Assembly: GCA_028534125.1 (NCBI GenBank)
Contig: CM052817.1
Span: forward strand, 38,442,001-38,506,000
From: Lama glama
Taxonomy: Eukaryota
Length of the DNA: 64,000 nt
Reading direction: 5' to 3'
Positions 1-12,314 of the stretch are shown here, piece after piece; the first letter of the stretch is position 1; each line of letters starts with the position of its first letter. The position numbers and the translations under genes are program-made. Below the pieces are notes generated by a model, which was given only the letters and a program-made list of their open reading frames with translations, made no database searches and had not been told where the DNA came from.

Positions 1-424
1 TACTTTAGGAACTATGAAATAATAGGATAAGGCAACTAAGTCCTTCACTGGCAGTACATTTTGCTTGCATTTTTTTTTGCACATTTCTTTATTTATTGAA
101 TTCAGAAGTACAAGTTTCCAGGAAGGCAAGGAATGTATTGTCATCATGATGCTACCCAAATATTTCATTTTTCTGCTTACAGAACTGAATACTTCAGAGA
201 TTAAGCAGCACAAGTTGTAGCCTCTGTAATATGATTCTAGAGTTCATTCCACATAAGAATAACACCTTTCTCTGCTATAAATAAATAGCTAATGAAACAG
301 GCTGCCTACAAGACCTGTAGTGTCAAGTGCAGACATACTGCCAGCTACAAGCATAGCAGGAGAAGGCCTTCATTTCTAGAAAACAAATCAGAGCCAGAAT
401 AGGACTAATATAAACCGCATTTGA

Positions 425-750
425 TTGGTTCAACCAACACTTAACTGAACCCCTCCAATATATTAGGTACCTCCCAGGGACTGGGCTTTCAGCCGTGACC
501 ACAATAGACAAAGGTCTCTGTCCTCACATGGAGCTCACGTTCTAATAATTAATAGCACAAAAGATAATCAGAAAGTTGACACCCTCGTGTGAATGTGTAA
601 TCTTTCTTTGCAATTTATTTTAGAAGAATTTTCTCTTGATAGACGAATACCTTTAGTTTCTATTTGTTCATTCACTTATTCACTCAACAGAAGTTTACCA
701 AATAGTGTTTAAGATCCAAGCACAATGCTGGGATTTAGAGTTGAATCTAT
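425..750 (-). mobile_element. L2 LINE 3' fragments (two pieces, ~425-545 and ~665-750)
   Basis: Resembles the reverse complement of the L2 3' end (ttcattcacttattcactcaaca...; gacaaaggtctctgtcctcacatggagctcacgttcta). Confidence 0.6.
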
Positions 751-1144
751 AAGTACAGAGCTGTAGCTGTAAATCATGTCTTATTATAAGAACATTAACT
801 TTGACTGCACCTGCACTTACTGCACTATTCTCCACCATCTATGCCGTCAAAAGGCTTGACTGTCCTACCCAGAGTGGTATAGAGGCAGCATCGCTACCAC
901 TATCGTCTCTTTTGCCCAAGACAAAAATTACAAGTGAATTTGGGCTCTTTTTCCCACTGAACTTAAATGTGGCCTCAAAATTCTGCTAAGGTTAACTCTT
1001 CAGCTTTCCACAGTCAATCCTAAAATCGGGTAATGAGGTGAAGCCCATTTGCAATATTTGCCTGAGCGTGGACTTCAAAACCCACAGTTTTTCAAAACCC
1101 ACATGGTAGGCATGCTTAAGAAGGATGGTAAAGCTCCTAACAAG

Positions 1145-1518
1145 CCGTATTGCTCAAGCTAAGCTAACTACTACAAAAAAACAGTCCTTAGCAGAGTGCC
1201 AGAGGGGGTCTAGAGCTCTATTCCATGCAGTTATTCAGGGAACTAGTTTTTTTTTTCAGTCTAGTTCTCAACCATTCCTGGCAGACTTAAAATCATCTAC
1301 TGAATCTTCCTTCTAGGGCCATTTGAATGGGGGAAGAAAAGTGTGAAGGATGGTAAGAGAACCGTATGCGTCAGCCTGTAAGTGGCGTATTTTGTTTTTG
1401 CCCTCCTTCCACTGGTCAGAACTCAGTCGTGTGGCCATGCTCCCCAGCTGCAAGGGAGGCTAGGAAGTGAGGTCTACCCATGTACCTAAGAGAGAAATAA
1501 AATGAGGTTTGGGGAATA
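1145..1518 (-). mobile_element. Old MaLR solo LTR (MLT1J/K/L-like)
   Basis: Motif ccactggtcagaactcagtcgtgtggccatg...ctgcaagggaggctaggaagtg; similar to the LTR at 19160-19580. Confidence 0.6.
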
Positions 1519-2009
1519 CTGGCATATCTCAGAGATACTCGGTCCCAGATCATCACAATAAAGCAAATACAGCAATAAAATGAGTCGTGACCTTTTTAAT
1601 TTCCTAGTGCATATGAAAGTTATGTTTACACTATACTGTAGTCTATTAGGTGGCAATAGCACTACGTCTAAAACAACAATGTACATACCTTAATTTAAAA
1701 ATACTTTATTATTAAAAAGTTGCTAACCTTCATCTGAGCCTTTAGCAAGTTGTAGTAGTAACATCAAAGATCACTGACCACAGAGCACCATGACAAATAT
1801 AATAATAATGAAAAAGTTTGAAATATTGCAAGAATTACCAAAAGGCAACACAGAGACATGAAGTGGGTAAATGCTATTGGAAAAATGACACTGATAGACT
1901 TGCTCAACACAGGGTTGCCACAAGCCTTCAATTTGTAAAAATTGCATATGCAATTTGCAATATCTGTCATATGCAATAAAGCAAAGTGCAATAAAATGAG
2001 GGACACTTG
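1519..2009 (-). mobile_element. Tigger1-derived non-autonomous DNA transposon (MITE, Tigger1a-like)
   Basis: TA-flanked; 1519-1690 aligns with the reverse complement of the Tigger1 3' terminus at 47380-47555 in this window. Confidence 0.85.
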
Positions 2010-2505
2010 TATATAACATGTCTGTACCACAGCAGCCTCCTACAGGGTGAGATGGTGATGCATTTTGTAAATGTTAATTTCATTTACTGTCAATAAATAA
2101 TTCTCAGCTTATAGAACTGAGACACTTAATAATATGGTGTTAGTAGACAGTACCATTAAATCTGTGTAAGATTGTTGATTGTCATGAAAATACTATTAAT
2201 GTTTGGACCAATAGTTACCATTAGAGGATTTTTGTTTGTGGTTTTACTATAGTTATGAAATTCGCATACTTTTTAAAAAAAAGTTTTCCTTTAAGAACCC
2301 ATTGAAGTCCTATATAAATGTAGGTCTAAGTTTCAAGTAAGCTGCATCCTTTTTAGGTCAACTTGGGTCTCCAAATTCAATAAGGACTGGGAACCTGGGA
2401 CTAGTTAAGACTGTCAACCAGTAACAGACTTCTTGAAAGTCCTGAAATAATATTTCCCAATTTTCTCAAAAATTGCAGAATTTTTCAGAACCATTAAGAT
2501 TGTAC

Positions 2506-2585
2506 CCAATGATAGTGAATTTTAGGGTAAAATGATTCCCATGGGTTTATTTCACAGGATTTTGGTGGAAATAAAGGGCCTACAT
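2506..2585 (-). CDS. Candidate exon 7 of the hypothetical microexon ORF ((Y)VGPLFPPKSCEINPWESFYPKIHYHW; reads through to VQS* at 2494 if the donor is unused)
   Basis: Good acceptor gctgttttgttttttag; weak donor TGG|gtacaa; phase-compatible with 3308-3331. Confidence 0.35.
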
Positions 2586-3307
2586 CTAAAAAACAAAACA
2601 GCAATAAAAAACCTTGCTGTTGGTATTTCATAATTAAGTAAGGTATTTTCAAGCTGGAAGGAATCCTAGAGATGATAACATGTGTTGACACACACTCTGG
2701 AATCCACAGACCACATTTGTCCCCTATGACTCTTTGGTGTGGCTCAGAAACGAGACCTGGACAGGACCAAATTCTGCTTACTGTTTTCCAGGCCTTTGAA
2801 ATCAGCTGTTGATCAATGCTCTGCAGCTCTACTCCTTGGGTCTCATTATCAGGGAAGAATAAGTTAATAGAAATTACTGGGCAAGCAATGTAAGAAATGA
2901 CCTGCTCAGTGTGGGATACAGGAGGAAAAAACAGCAGGTGGCAATGTGTGTGTCACAGACTCTTTTCTGAATAAAACACAAAATACTTCTATGGCCATTG
3001 CCAAGAGGAGACAAGTGGTTGGTGAAAATCATCTGTTCCAATACAAAGGTCCTGGGGAATAATGTTTTTAAGATTAAAAACATCGCTGATGTTTTGAAGA
3101 ATACAATATTGAGAATCCCTATGTGATAAACCATATTTTCAGTTAAGTTGTGTAGAAGGCTAGAAAGGAGGCAAAATACACCAATTTCAGAGGCAAATTT
3201 TAATTTAGTTTCCACATTCCATCATGATAGTGCTTTATTGTATTTTCTGAAATTGAATTCAAAAAGGAAAGTCTTTATTCATAGAGAAAGAATAAAAGAA
3301 ACCTTAC

Positions 3308-3331
3308 ATATAGTTGCAAACATTGTATCTT
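3308..3331 (-). CDS. Candidate 24-nt microexon 6 ((E)DTMFATI)
   Basis: Acceptor tatgtattttatcag, donor TAT|gtaagg; phase 1->1. Confidence 0.35.
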
Positions 3332-4223
3332 CTGATAAAATACATAATTTATAAAATTTCTATTTTATTTTCTTCAAAAGATAATTGTTCTTTTATTAAT
3401 ATTCATGGAAAATAGCCAGCCCACAGCTGATCCAATACAATGCCCCCATAAGGGCAAGAAAATAGATATTTGGGGAGTTAAATATTTTCTCAAAGCCACA
3501 AAATGAACTTATACAAATGAAATTAGTGTTGTCTCCAGAATGTGAATCCACAGTTCTTACTACTGAAATTAATAAGCTCAACTGAGATATTTTTTAGTGT
3601 TATTTTGTGTCTACAGCCACAGGGGATGGCTACCAACTATAATTTTCATATATTCTAATTTGTACATTATTTACATGAAATTACATTTTTAGGTATGAAT
3701 TATAAGCCCGCGTATACAAAATAAAATGAACACTAACTTATTAAATCTTCTTCAGTAGTGTTTTAAACATAATTGCCTAGGTACCTTGAAAATAAGGACT
3801 AGATAATTTTGACACAAGAAAAGTATGATGAATCGGGTATCTAATACTGAAGGATGAAATAGGTTACCCTCTTCTCAGAATTCAGAGATATGATTCCATA
3901 AGGTTGAAACAATGAAGTTCAATATATATCGTTATAAGCTATAATCAAGATTAAAAGGGAAACATCAATATACCAGGTCCTAAAATTAGGGAAACTAATA
4001 TTAGTCTTATAAGTCACCTCAGTAGCACAGAAATGAATTATGATATTAGTTCAGTACACGACACATTTTCAGAGGTAAAATTGTGCAAGGTGCATGAATA
4101 AAACAGCATTCCTTCTAGCACAGTAGCAACCAATGAGAAATTAAAAGAACTGGTAATTTATCTTGAGTAAACCTGCATGGCACTCAAATCCATTCCTTTT
4201 GTTTGTAAAACCGTGCTCCTTAC

Positions 4224-4260
4224 CCTTGCAGGTAAATTCCTTGAGGTGCTCATGGTCTAG
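4224..4260 (-). CDS. Candidate 37-nt microexon 5 (LDHEHLKEFTCK)
   Basis: Acceptor catatgtttgtctctccag, strong donor AGG|gtaagg; phase 0->1. The sequence resembles the L2 3' end. Confidence 0.4.
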
Positions 4261-5274
4261 CTGGAGAGACAAACATATGTGAAATGATAACTGATACTTT
4301 CTCTCTTTTCCAGTATTTCTGACTCTCCCCTCCATTTGTGCAATAGTATGATTTTGTAGCATACAAGCTTCAAGGAAGATCGATTACTACAGAAAATAAT
4401 TTTAAGTTTCAAAAGTCTACCCTCTGAGGAGACTCGGGGCAAGGGAAAATATCCAATGAATTAGAACTAAATTCCCTAGCCCAAGACAGAATAAAAGTTT
4501 CCCAGACTAGGAGGAGCAATTAAGCCAACAGGAAGGGCGAAAGTTGTTATGAGGTGATACATTGGTAGAGCCTGCTGCAATGAGAAAAATTAAGTCAGAG
4601 GCCACTCTGTCTTCAGCTGAGTTTCAACTTAAATCATCTTATTCTGTAATCTACCTGGTAGCCTCAAAGGGCAGCTGCATGCCCTTCTGATGGTTGTGAA
4701 AGGCACAGTTCTAGGGGATTACAATTCACATAGATACTGATCAGATTGGCACCCTCTGGGGTCGTGTCACCATATGCAGCAACTCTAGAAGCCTTATGGA
4801 GCCAAGACAGCCTTTGAAGACTGCCCAGTCCCTGTCCGTGGTACAACCCCTGTGCTGAGAAGTCACGATATGTGTCCTTCCTGCTGGTATCTGGTGAGCT
4901 TCTTTGATGGATGTCAGCAGCACCTCACCCACTGACCATCAAGCAGCATGTCTGTGCCCTAAAACTCTACTTGGCCCACCACCCGATCTACCCTCCACTC
5001 ATTATTCCAGAACACATACAGTTAGAAAATTCTGTTATAGAAAGAAGAACCAAGCAGATGGAATGTTTGTGCTGGGGATGAAAGATCAGGGAAATTTTTA
5101 AGAAATGTAATCTGAGTTGAGTCTTCTACCTTGAGGAAGTTTTGCAGCTTGTCAACAGTTTACAACAATGACAACAATGAACACTTTTTATATCCTTTTA
5201 TCTGACAAGCATTGTTCTAAATACTTCAGAAAAGACTAGTATGGGATAGTGTTACACCATTTAAAATGAGAATT

Positions 5275-5415
5275 CGAGTACTGATTTAAAAGTGAAGTCT
5301 CTGGGATTAAGTTGCCTGGCTTTGTATCCTGGCATCCACTTCTTAATAGTTCTGAGAACCTGTGCAAATTTCTTTTCTTCTGTGTGCCTTAGTTTTGTCA
5401 TCTGTAAAATGTAGT
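5275..5415 (+). mobile_element. MIR SINE
   Basis: MIR core ...cttctgtgtgccttagttttgtcatctgtaaaatg. Confidence 0.75.
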
Positions 5416-5439
5416 GGCACGAGAGATATAAAAAAGGAT

Positions 5440-7931
5440 ACAAATCAAATCTCTAGTGATAAAAACACTGTACTTAGGGTCAAAAATACACTAGCATAGG
5501 ATAAACAATGAATCGGACATTACAGAATAAAAGGCTAGTGAACTTGAAGACACAGCAATAGAAAGCCATTAAAAATGAATCAGTGAGAAAAAAAGACAAA
5601 AACAAATTCACAGAGCATCCATGAGCTCTAAGACAGTGTATGAAGTATACGCATGTAACTGTAACTAGAATCTGTGAAGAAGGATGAAGACAGAGAAAAT
5701 ATTTGAAAAACTAATAATTCAAAATATCCACATCTGATGAAATTTATAAGCCTCTAAATCCAAGGAACTCTATTAACCTCAAACACAAGAAACAATGAAA
5801 ACTATGAGAGAGGCACATTAAAATCAAATTGTTAAAATAGTGATAAAGACAAAAATCTTAAAGGCAGTCAGAGAAAAAGGACACAATATGTACATAAAAA
5901 CATAGATAAAAATGACTACCAGTTAGATACAATGCAGTTAGAAAACAGTGGGATGACACATTTAAAGTACTGTCAAACTAGAATCAAGTATCTTTAAAAC
6001 TGAAGGTGAAATAAAATGAATGTTCTTCCCTCAGATCAGGAAAAGACAAGCATGACCCCTCTCAGCACTTTAACTGAAGTTTGTATTAGAAGTTCTAGGC
6101 TGTGTAGGAAGGCAAGGAAATAAATAAAAGGCGTACAGATTTTTAAAAGAAAAGTTAACTACTGTTATTTGCAGATGATATAATGACTATGTAGGAAATT
6201 CTATGAAATCTAAAAGAAAGCTACTAGTATGGCTGAAGAATACAAGAAATATACAAACATCAATTCTATTTCTATATACTAGCCAAGGGCAATCAGACAG
6301 TAAAAATTTTAATGCCATTTACAATAACATTAAAAACAAGGAATGCTTGGGGTTCATCTGTCAAAAGATGTAAAAGATTTGTACACTGACAACTAGAAAA
6401 AATTGCTGAGAGAAATGAAAGAAGACTTAAGACAAATGGGGGAATTTACTATGCTCATGGAATGAAAGATTCAATATTGATAAGATGTCAGTTCTCTCCA
6501 AACTGATTTATAGTTTCAATGTAATCCCAATCAAAATCATAGCATGCCTTTATATAGAAACTGATAAACTGATTCTAATGCTCATGTGCAAATGAAAAGG
6601 ACCTAAATTAGCTAAAACGATTTTGAAAAAAGAGAAAACCAAGCTGGAGGACTTAGATTTGAGGATTTCCATAATTGTTATAAAGCCACAGTAACCAAGA
6701 CAGGGTATTATTGGTGCAAAACAATAAACCTTGCTCATTACTTCACCCTATGTATAAAAATTAGCACAAAAGATATTATAGAATCAAATGTAAACCCTAA
6801 AATTATAAAACTTCTAGAAGAAAACATAGGATTTGTAACCTTGAATCAGGCAGGGTTCTAAGATACCACAGGAGCAGCACAATCCATAACTTTTCTAAAC
6901 TGATAAATTGGACTTCATCAAAATTAACAATGTCTGCTCTTCAAAAGATATTCTAAAGAAAATGAAAACACAACCCAAGAATGAGAAAATATTTGCCCAA
7001 AGTATTTGCTAATCACAGATCTAGTTAGAGACTTGTATCTAGAATTATCTAAAGACCTCTCAAAACCTAATCATAAAAAACCCTGAATTAATTAAAGTGA
7101 TAGTTTGAATAGACACTTCACCAAAGAAAAAGTAAAAATGGCAAACAAGTACGAGAAAGAATGTTCAACATCATATGTCATTAGAGGAATGCAAATTTAA
7201 AAGCACAATGAGATATTACCAGTATATGTCTACAAAAAGCACTAAAAATAAAACAGTGATCATACCAAAGAATAGCAAGATGCGGTGCAACTAGAACTCT
7301 TACGCACTGTTGGTGGGAATGTATGGTACAGTCATTTTGAAAAACAATTTGGCAGTCTCATAAAAAAATCACATACACACCTGTCTTGTGATCATCCATC
7401 CTACTCCATGGTATTCACCCAAGAGAAGTGAAACAACACCCATACTTGAACATGAATGTTCACAGCAGCTTTATTTGTAGGAGCTAAAAACTAGAACCAA
7501 CCCAAATGGCCCTAAACAAGTGAATGGATAAACAAACTGTAGTGCATCTATACAACAGACCACTGCACAGCAAGGAAAAGATATGAACCACTGATCCAAG
7601 CAACAACTTGGATGGATCTCGGAATAATTACGTTGAGTGCAAGATGTCAGGTGAAAAAGAATACACATTGTATGATCCCATTTATGCATAATTCTTTAAA
7701 ATGGCAGCTCATGTACAGTGCCAGAAAACAGACCAGTGACTGGATACAGGCTAGGAAAGCCAGGAAGGAGGGATTACAAAGGAGAATTACAAAACTCTTG
7801 GAGGTGACAGATATGTTCATTATCTTGATTGTGCTGATGGTTTCACTGTTTATATCAAAACTTATCAAATTGTGCACTTTAAATACAGGGAGTTTACTGC
7901 ATGCTAATTACACCTCAATAAAGCTGTTTAA
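5440..7931 (+). mobile_element. Old L1 (L1M type): degenerate ORF1 part joined to the ORF2 RT/C-terminal part and 3'UTR
   Basis: ORF1-like 5440-6015; ORF2-like motifs (ttatttgcagatgata, agattcaatattg, gacttcatcaaaatt); 3' end cacctcaataaagctgtt. Confidence 0.9.
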
Positions 7932-8447
7932 GATGATAAGAATGTATAGTACCCTCAAGATGACTTAGAAAGGCACACAGAGACAAACCTCTACTTCCCA
8001 GGGAAACTAAATGCAAGAATGTTTCTCCATTCATGAGATAGAGGCCCTCAATCATTCCACATACATAACAGCTATGTAAAGAGACACAAATGTATGAAAT
8101 TTTCTTTTTGAATCACTCAGCTGCCAGAAAGGTAATATAATGCTGAAACAAGCAAATTTAGCCTTTATTAAGTACAAAGATTTATTCTTTTTCTCATGAT
8201 AGCTCACTGAAAATTAGTTAAACACATGCTAGTGGATCTGGCCTGTCATTCATTTTGCTGCTATTATGGGAGTTCTCAGGCAGCTGAGGCCACAAAGGGC
8301 AGAGATGCCAACAATTTACATATCATATTAAGCATGTGATGACAGAATTGCTGAGCAACTTTAATTTTTCATTCCGCATGTACTCCAGAGGAGCAGGATA
8401 GAACAGGAAAGTGAATTTAGTATGTTCCATGGGGAAATACACCTTAC

Positions 8448-8466
8448 AGAGCATTCCAGAAATTCC
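8448..8466 (-). CDS. Candidate 19-nt microexon 4 ((R)EFLECS)
   Basis: Acceptor tctgtatttattttaaataag, donor TCT|gtaagg; phase 2->0. Confidence 0.3.
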
Positions 8467-9274
8467 CTTATTTAAAATAAATACAGAATTTGGGAAGAGA
8501 CTCGAAATCAAAATGATGTTGCCTCTGGGGAATAGAAACAGGAAAGTAGAAGAAAGGTTTACTTTAGGAGTGACTTTTTACATGCTTGAAAGTTGTCATG
8601 TGAACAATTTACATTTTCAGGATGAAAAATCAGTAATAAAAAATTTTAAAGGAAATACAGCTCTGCCACTGGGATTACTGGCCTTGGGTGAATCCTGAGG
8701 AATGTGTTTAGTACTAGGGCTCCCCTCTTCAGATCAAAATAGTTCTTATTTAAATTATTTTTTAATTTACTACTGTTTTTACAAATCCTATTTGACATAT
8801 TAAGTTAGTGTATCACTTGCAGAGATAATTGGGGGATGGGGGATGGTAACCTTGTAATTGCAAATGAGGGTGAGATATAAATTATTAATGCTAAGTGTGA
8901 CCCCTCCCCCTGGCTATAATACCTGTGAAAACAAGTGTTACTCCAACAGATTGTTTTTACCAATAACTGGAGGGCTATCTTTATCCTTTTATGTAGTTGT
9001 AGCTAATTCACATTCACTTGGCATCTCCGGAAAATATTCATTATATATAGCATTAATATTAACTGCTTTCCATAGAGAAATAAAATGTAGACTATTATCC
9101 ATCCTCAGATATTTTATTGAAAGATAATTTTCCCCTTAAGTTAGTCATTTGCTTTAAAAAACCATAAAGAAAAATTTTTTAAAACATGAAAGAAATATAT
9201 TAAATTATTCTTTACAAGCCTGCACAAACCCAGGTTATACATAATAAGGGTATACTCTCCTTAAAGTACCTATG

Positions 9275-9455
9275 ATCAAAATTGGATTTTATCATTTGCT
9301 AACTCTGCAACTTTGAACAAAAAACATAATCTCTATAATACTTTCCTCAACTATAAAATGAGGACAGTAATCTATGCATCATAGGCTTGTTGTAAGGTTC
9401 AAATTAGATGATCTACATAAGATATTAGTATGGTAGGAATTCAACTAATGTTCTT
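9275..9455 (+). mobile_element. MIR SINE
   Basis: ttcctcaactataaaatgaggacagtaatc...gttgtaaggttcaaattagatg. Confidence 0.7.
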
Positions 9456-10086
9456 ACCTTACACTTCAGTGTTATAAGCAGCAGACCCAGCTCAGCCAGT
9501 AGTTTTTAATAAAAGAGTTAAAACTTGCCTTTCTTCTAATGGTTGAATCTTACCAAATGAGTTTTGTTTAATGGATCATTACTAGATAACACACATACCT
9601 ATTTATATATACAGTTTTTGCATTCAGTCACTTGGGTCTCACATATCATATATTTGGAAATGCATAATTTGAGAACATTAACCTTATAAACATATGAAAA
9701 ATTTCCTGAGGAGGAGGAGTTACATATTAGCTACATAATGTGATTTTATATGTTTAAAAGAGTTCTTAGGTTATAAATGATCACTTCAACATCACAAAAT
9801 TCTAAGACCCAGGAAACCATTCATAATCATTTGAGCACACTAAGACACTTCAGCAATAATTTTATAGCATTAAGCTGAGAAGTGGTACCCTGATCCCAGA
9901 GATTTTCAGTATCTTGGTGAAAAAAGAGCCAATGTGACCAACTGTCAACCAGAAAAACTCTTATAAAGATTTTCTCCAACCAACTCCACTGAAACACCCA
10001 ATAATCAAAAAGATACTTTATAAATAAATACTCTACACAAAAAGGGCATAGATACTAAACAGCCTTAAACAATTATAATCACACCA

Positions 10087-10410
10087 TTCTTTATTCAACA
10101 AACTTGTATTAAATGCCTACCAGGTACCAAGCTTCGGAGACTCTAGATTAGAAAGGCATACTATTGTCACCCAAGAATCCACTTACCAGTGGGTAAAGTT
10201 GTCAGACATGTAAACTGGTCATTGTGGCAGCAGGTAACAAATGCCTTGATGAAGCAGACAGTAGACGGTAGTGCAGGAGGGGCACCTGACTCTGAGTATA
10301 GGCTTGGGGAAGTCTTTAGGGACCAGATAGTGCCTGAATTGCACACTAAAGGATGAGTAGAAGTTAGCTAAGTCCAGACCCAAGCAAGGAAAAAGCCATC
10401 TAGGCAGACA
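10087..10410 (-). mobile_element. L2 fragment
   Basis: ttattcaacaaacttgtattaaatgcctaccagg... and aaggatgagtagaagttagc. Confidence 0.7.
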
Positions 10411-11216
10411 CCTCTAGGACCCCATCTAAATAGAGAGCAGGCTTCTGGATGAAATGCTAATGAACTATTTGAAAATCTTCCTTGTTGATATTAATAAGAA
10501 AGCCTGAAAGTGAAGCACAACTTCTTTGGGGTCTGAAAGCCTATTCCCTTACCATCTTGAAACTGTAAATATGAGCTGCTATAGTATGACTGAGAATGTC
10601 ACGTAAGGCAATTCAATCTTTATTAATTCAAAATTGTCAGGAAGAATATTTCAAGAAGCTATATCAGCAACCACCAACAACCAATATAGGCAAGTAAAAT
10701 TAGAAGATTTACTTCATGAAGAGAAAGCTTGGAGTATATTAACTAAAGAAAGAGTATGCATCCAAATGAACTCATTAACAAGAACATAGTAGCTGCCGGA
10801 TTACTACTAAAAAATGAAGAGCCCATTGAAATGTAAACCACGGAAGAAGAGAATTGGACAAGTGGTAAAAAGCACAAGAATGTTCTCTAAAAAGATTCCA
10901 AAATTACTTTAATTGGCATTACTTAATTTAAAAGAATAATGCTTCCCTCAATACGAGAAGCTCTCATACTAAAGCAGAGGTCCAGTTTTATACATACTGT
11001 TTTTTACATTCATTCAATTGGGCTTTATATATTCAGTACTGAACGCATTTTAAACAACTCAAAACACCAACCGTCATAAGTGACCAAATCAATCCAGGTG
11101 TTTTAACATCCCATAGGCATAGATATTGTGTTTATCAGATGAAGAATTATATCAGGGTAAAATCTGAAATTTCCCCATGTCTCTAAGAAATCATCATTGA
11201 CATTAACAAAATTTGC

Positions 11217-11803
11217 TCCATTGTATAAATATACCACATCTTCTTTATCCAGTCACCTGTTGATGGACATTTAGGCTGTTTCCATGTTTTGGCTATTGTA
11301 AATAGTGCTGCTATGAACATTGGGGTGCAGGTATCATCCTGATATTTATACAATGGAATACTACTCAGCCATAAAAACTGACAACATAACGCCATTTGCA
11401 GCAACATGGATGCTCCTGGAGAATGTCATTCTAAGTGAAGTAAGCCAGAAGGAGAAAGAAAAATACCATATGAGATTGCTCATAAGTGGAATCTAAAAAA
11501 CAAAAACAAACACAAACAAACAAACAGCAACAACAAAAAAGCGTAAATACAGGACAGAAATAGACTCATAGACATAGAATACAGACTTGTGGTTCCCAGG
11601 GGGGTAGAGGGTGGGAAGGGATAGACTGGAATTTCAAAATTGTAGAATAGATAGGCAAGATTATACTGTATAGCACAGGGAATCACAGAGGAAAAAATGT
11701 GATAATGAGTGTGTATATGTCCATGTATGACTGAAAAATTGTGCTGAACACTAGAATTTGAGACATTATAAAGTGATTATAAATCAATAAAAAATGTTAA
11801 AAA
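11217..11803 (+). mobile_element. Young lineage-specific L1 3' end with 5' inversion (twin priming)
   Basis: 11217-11341 is antisense ORF2 end; 11342-11803 is sense ORF2 end plus 3'UTR (atagactcatagacatagaatac...aatcaataaaaaatgttaaaaaa); imperfect TSD aaaatt(tt)tgctc. Confidence 0.9.
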
Positions 11804-11966
11804 ATTTTTGCTCTAAAAAATCTATGCTGATGTGCAGTATCCCAGTTATCAATAAATACAGGAGATTCCCTTTGTCTAATAATCATACCCTTTAAAATGA
11901 TAATTTCCTTTTAGACAGCCAGATCGATGATCATATCTTGCAGTCATCTTCTTAAGTGATAGCTTC

Positions 11967-11999
11967 TTTTTATTTGTTTATTTGGCAGAGGGAGGTAAT
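11967..11999 (-). mobile_element. Tiny 3' tail fragment of the tRNA-derived SINE
   Basis: tttatttgtttatttggcagagggaggtaat matches the reverse complement of the SINE tail at 51072-51107; flanked by a 16-bp direct repeat. Confidence 0.55.
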
Positions 12000-12314
12000 G
12001 CAGTCATCTTCTTATAATGCATATTCTGAACATGTTTTGCTGTGTCAAATTTGTATATTTTTCTTCAGTATAAGAGTATTCACTATTTGCCACCATGCAG
12101 GAAAAAATTTATAATAAAATCCAGTATTGCTTTAAGTTTATTCCCCCAATATGATTTCATATTTGTTGTTTGAAACATTATAAAAATAATTTCTGTTCAC
12201 ACTGGCCTGCATTGAAGAATATATTATAAACAAAAAAAAAATTTCCATGGAAAGATTAGACATAGAGTGAAAATCACCATTTGAGTTAAATCTTGTCTAT
12301 AAGTTTGAGAAAAT

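Noticed and set aside
181..985. Further downstream exons at 821-985 and 181-223 (both have gtaag donors)
   Set aside because: Acceptors lack polypyrimidine tracts and phase-0 readings hit stops.
9553..9580. Extra minus-strand 28-nt microexon ((S)NDPLNKTHL, donor TTG|gtaaga)
   Set aside because: Phase 2->0 is incompatible with also including the 19-nt exon at 8448. It could be an alternative, and it shows how easily such candidates arise by chance.
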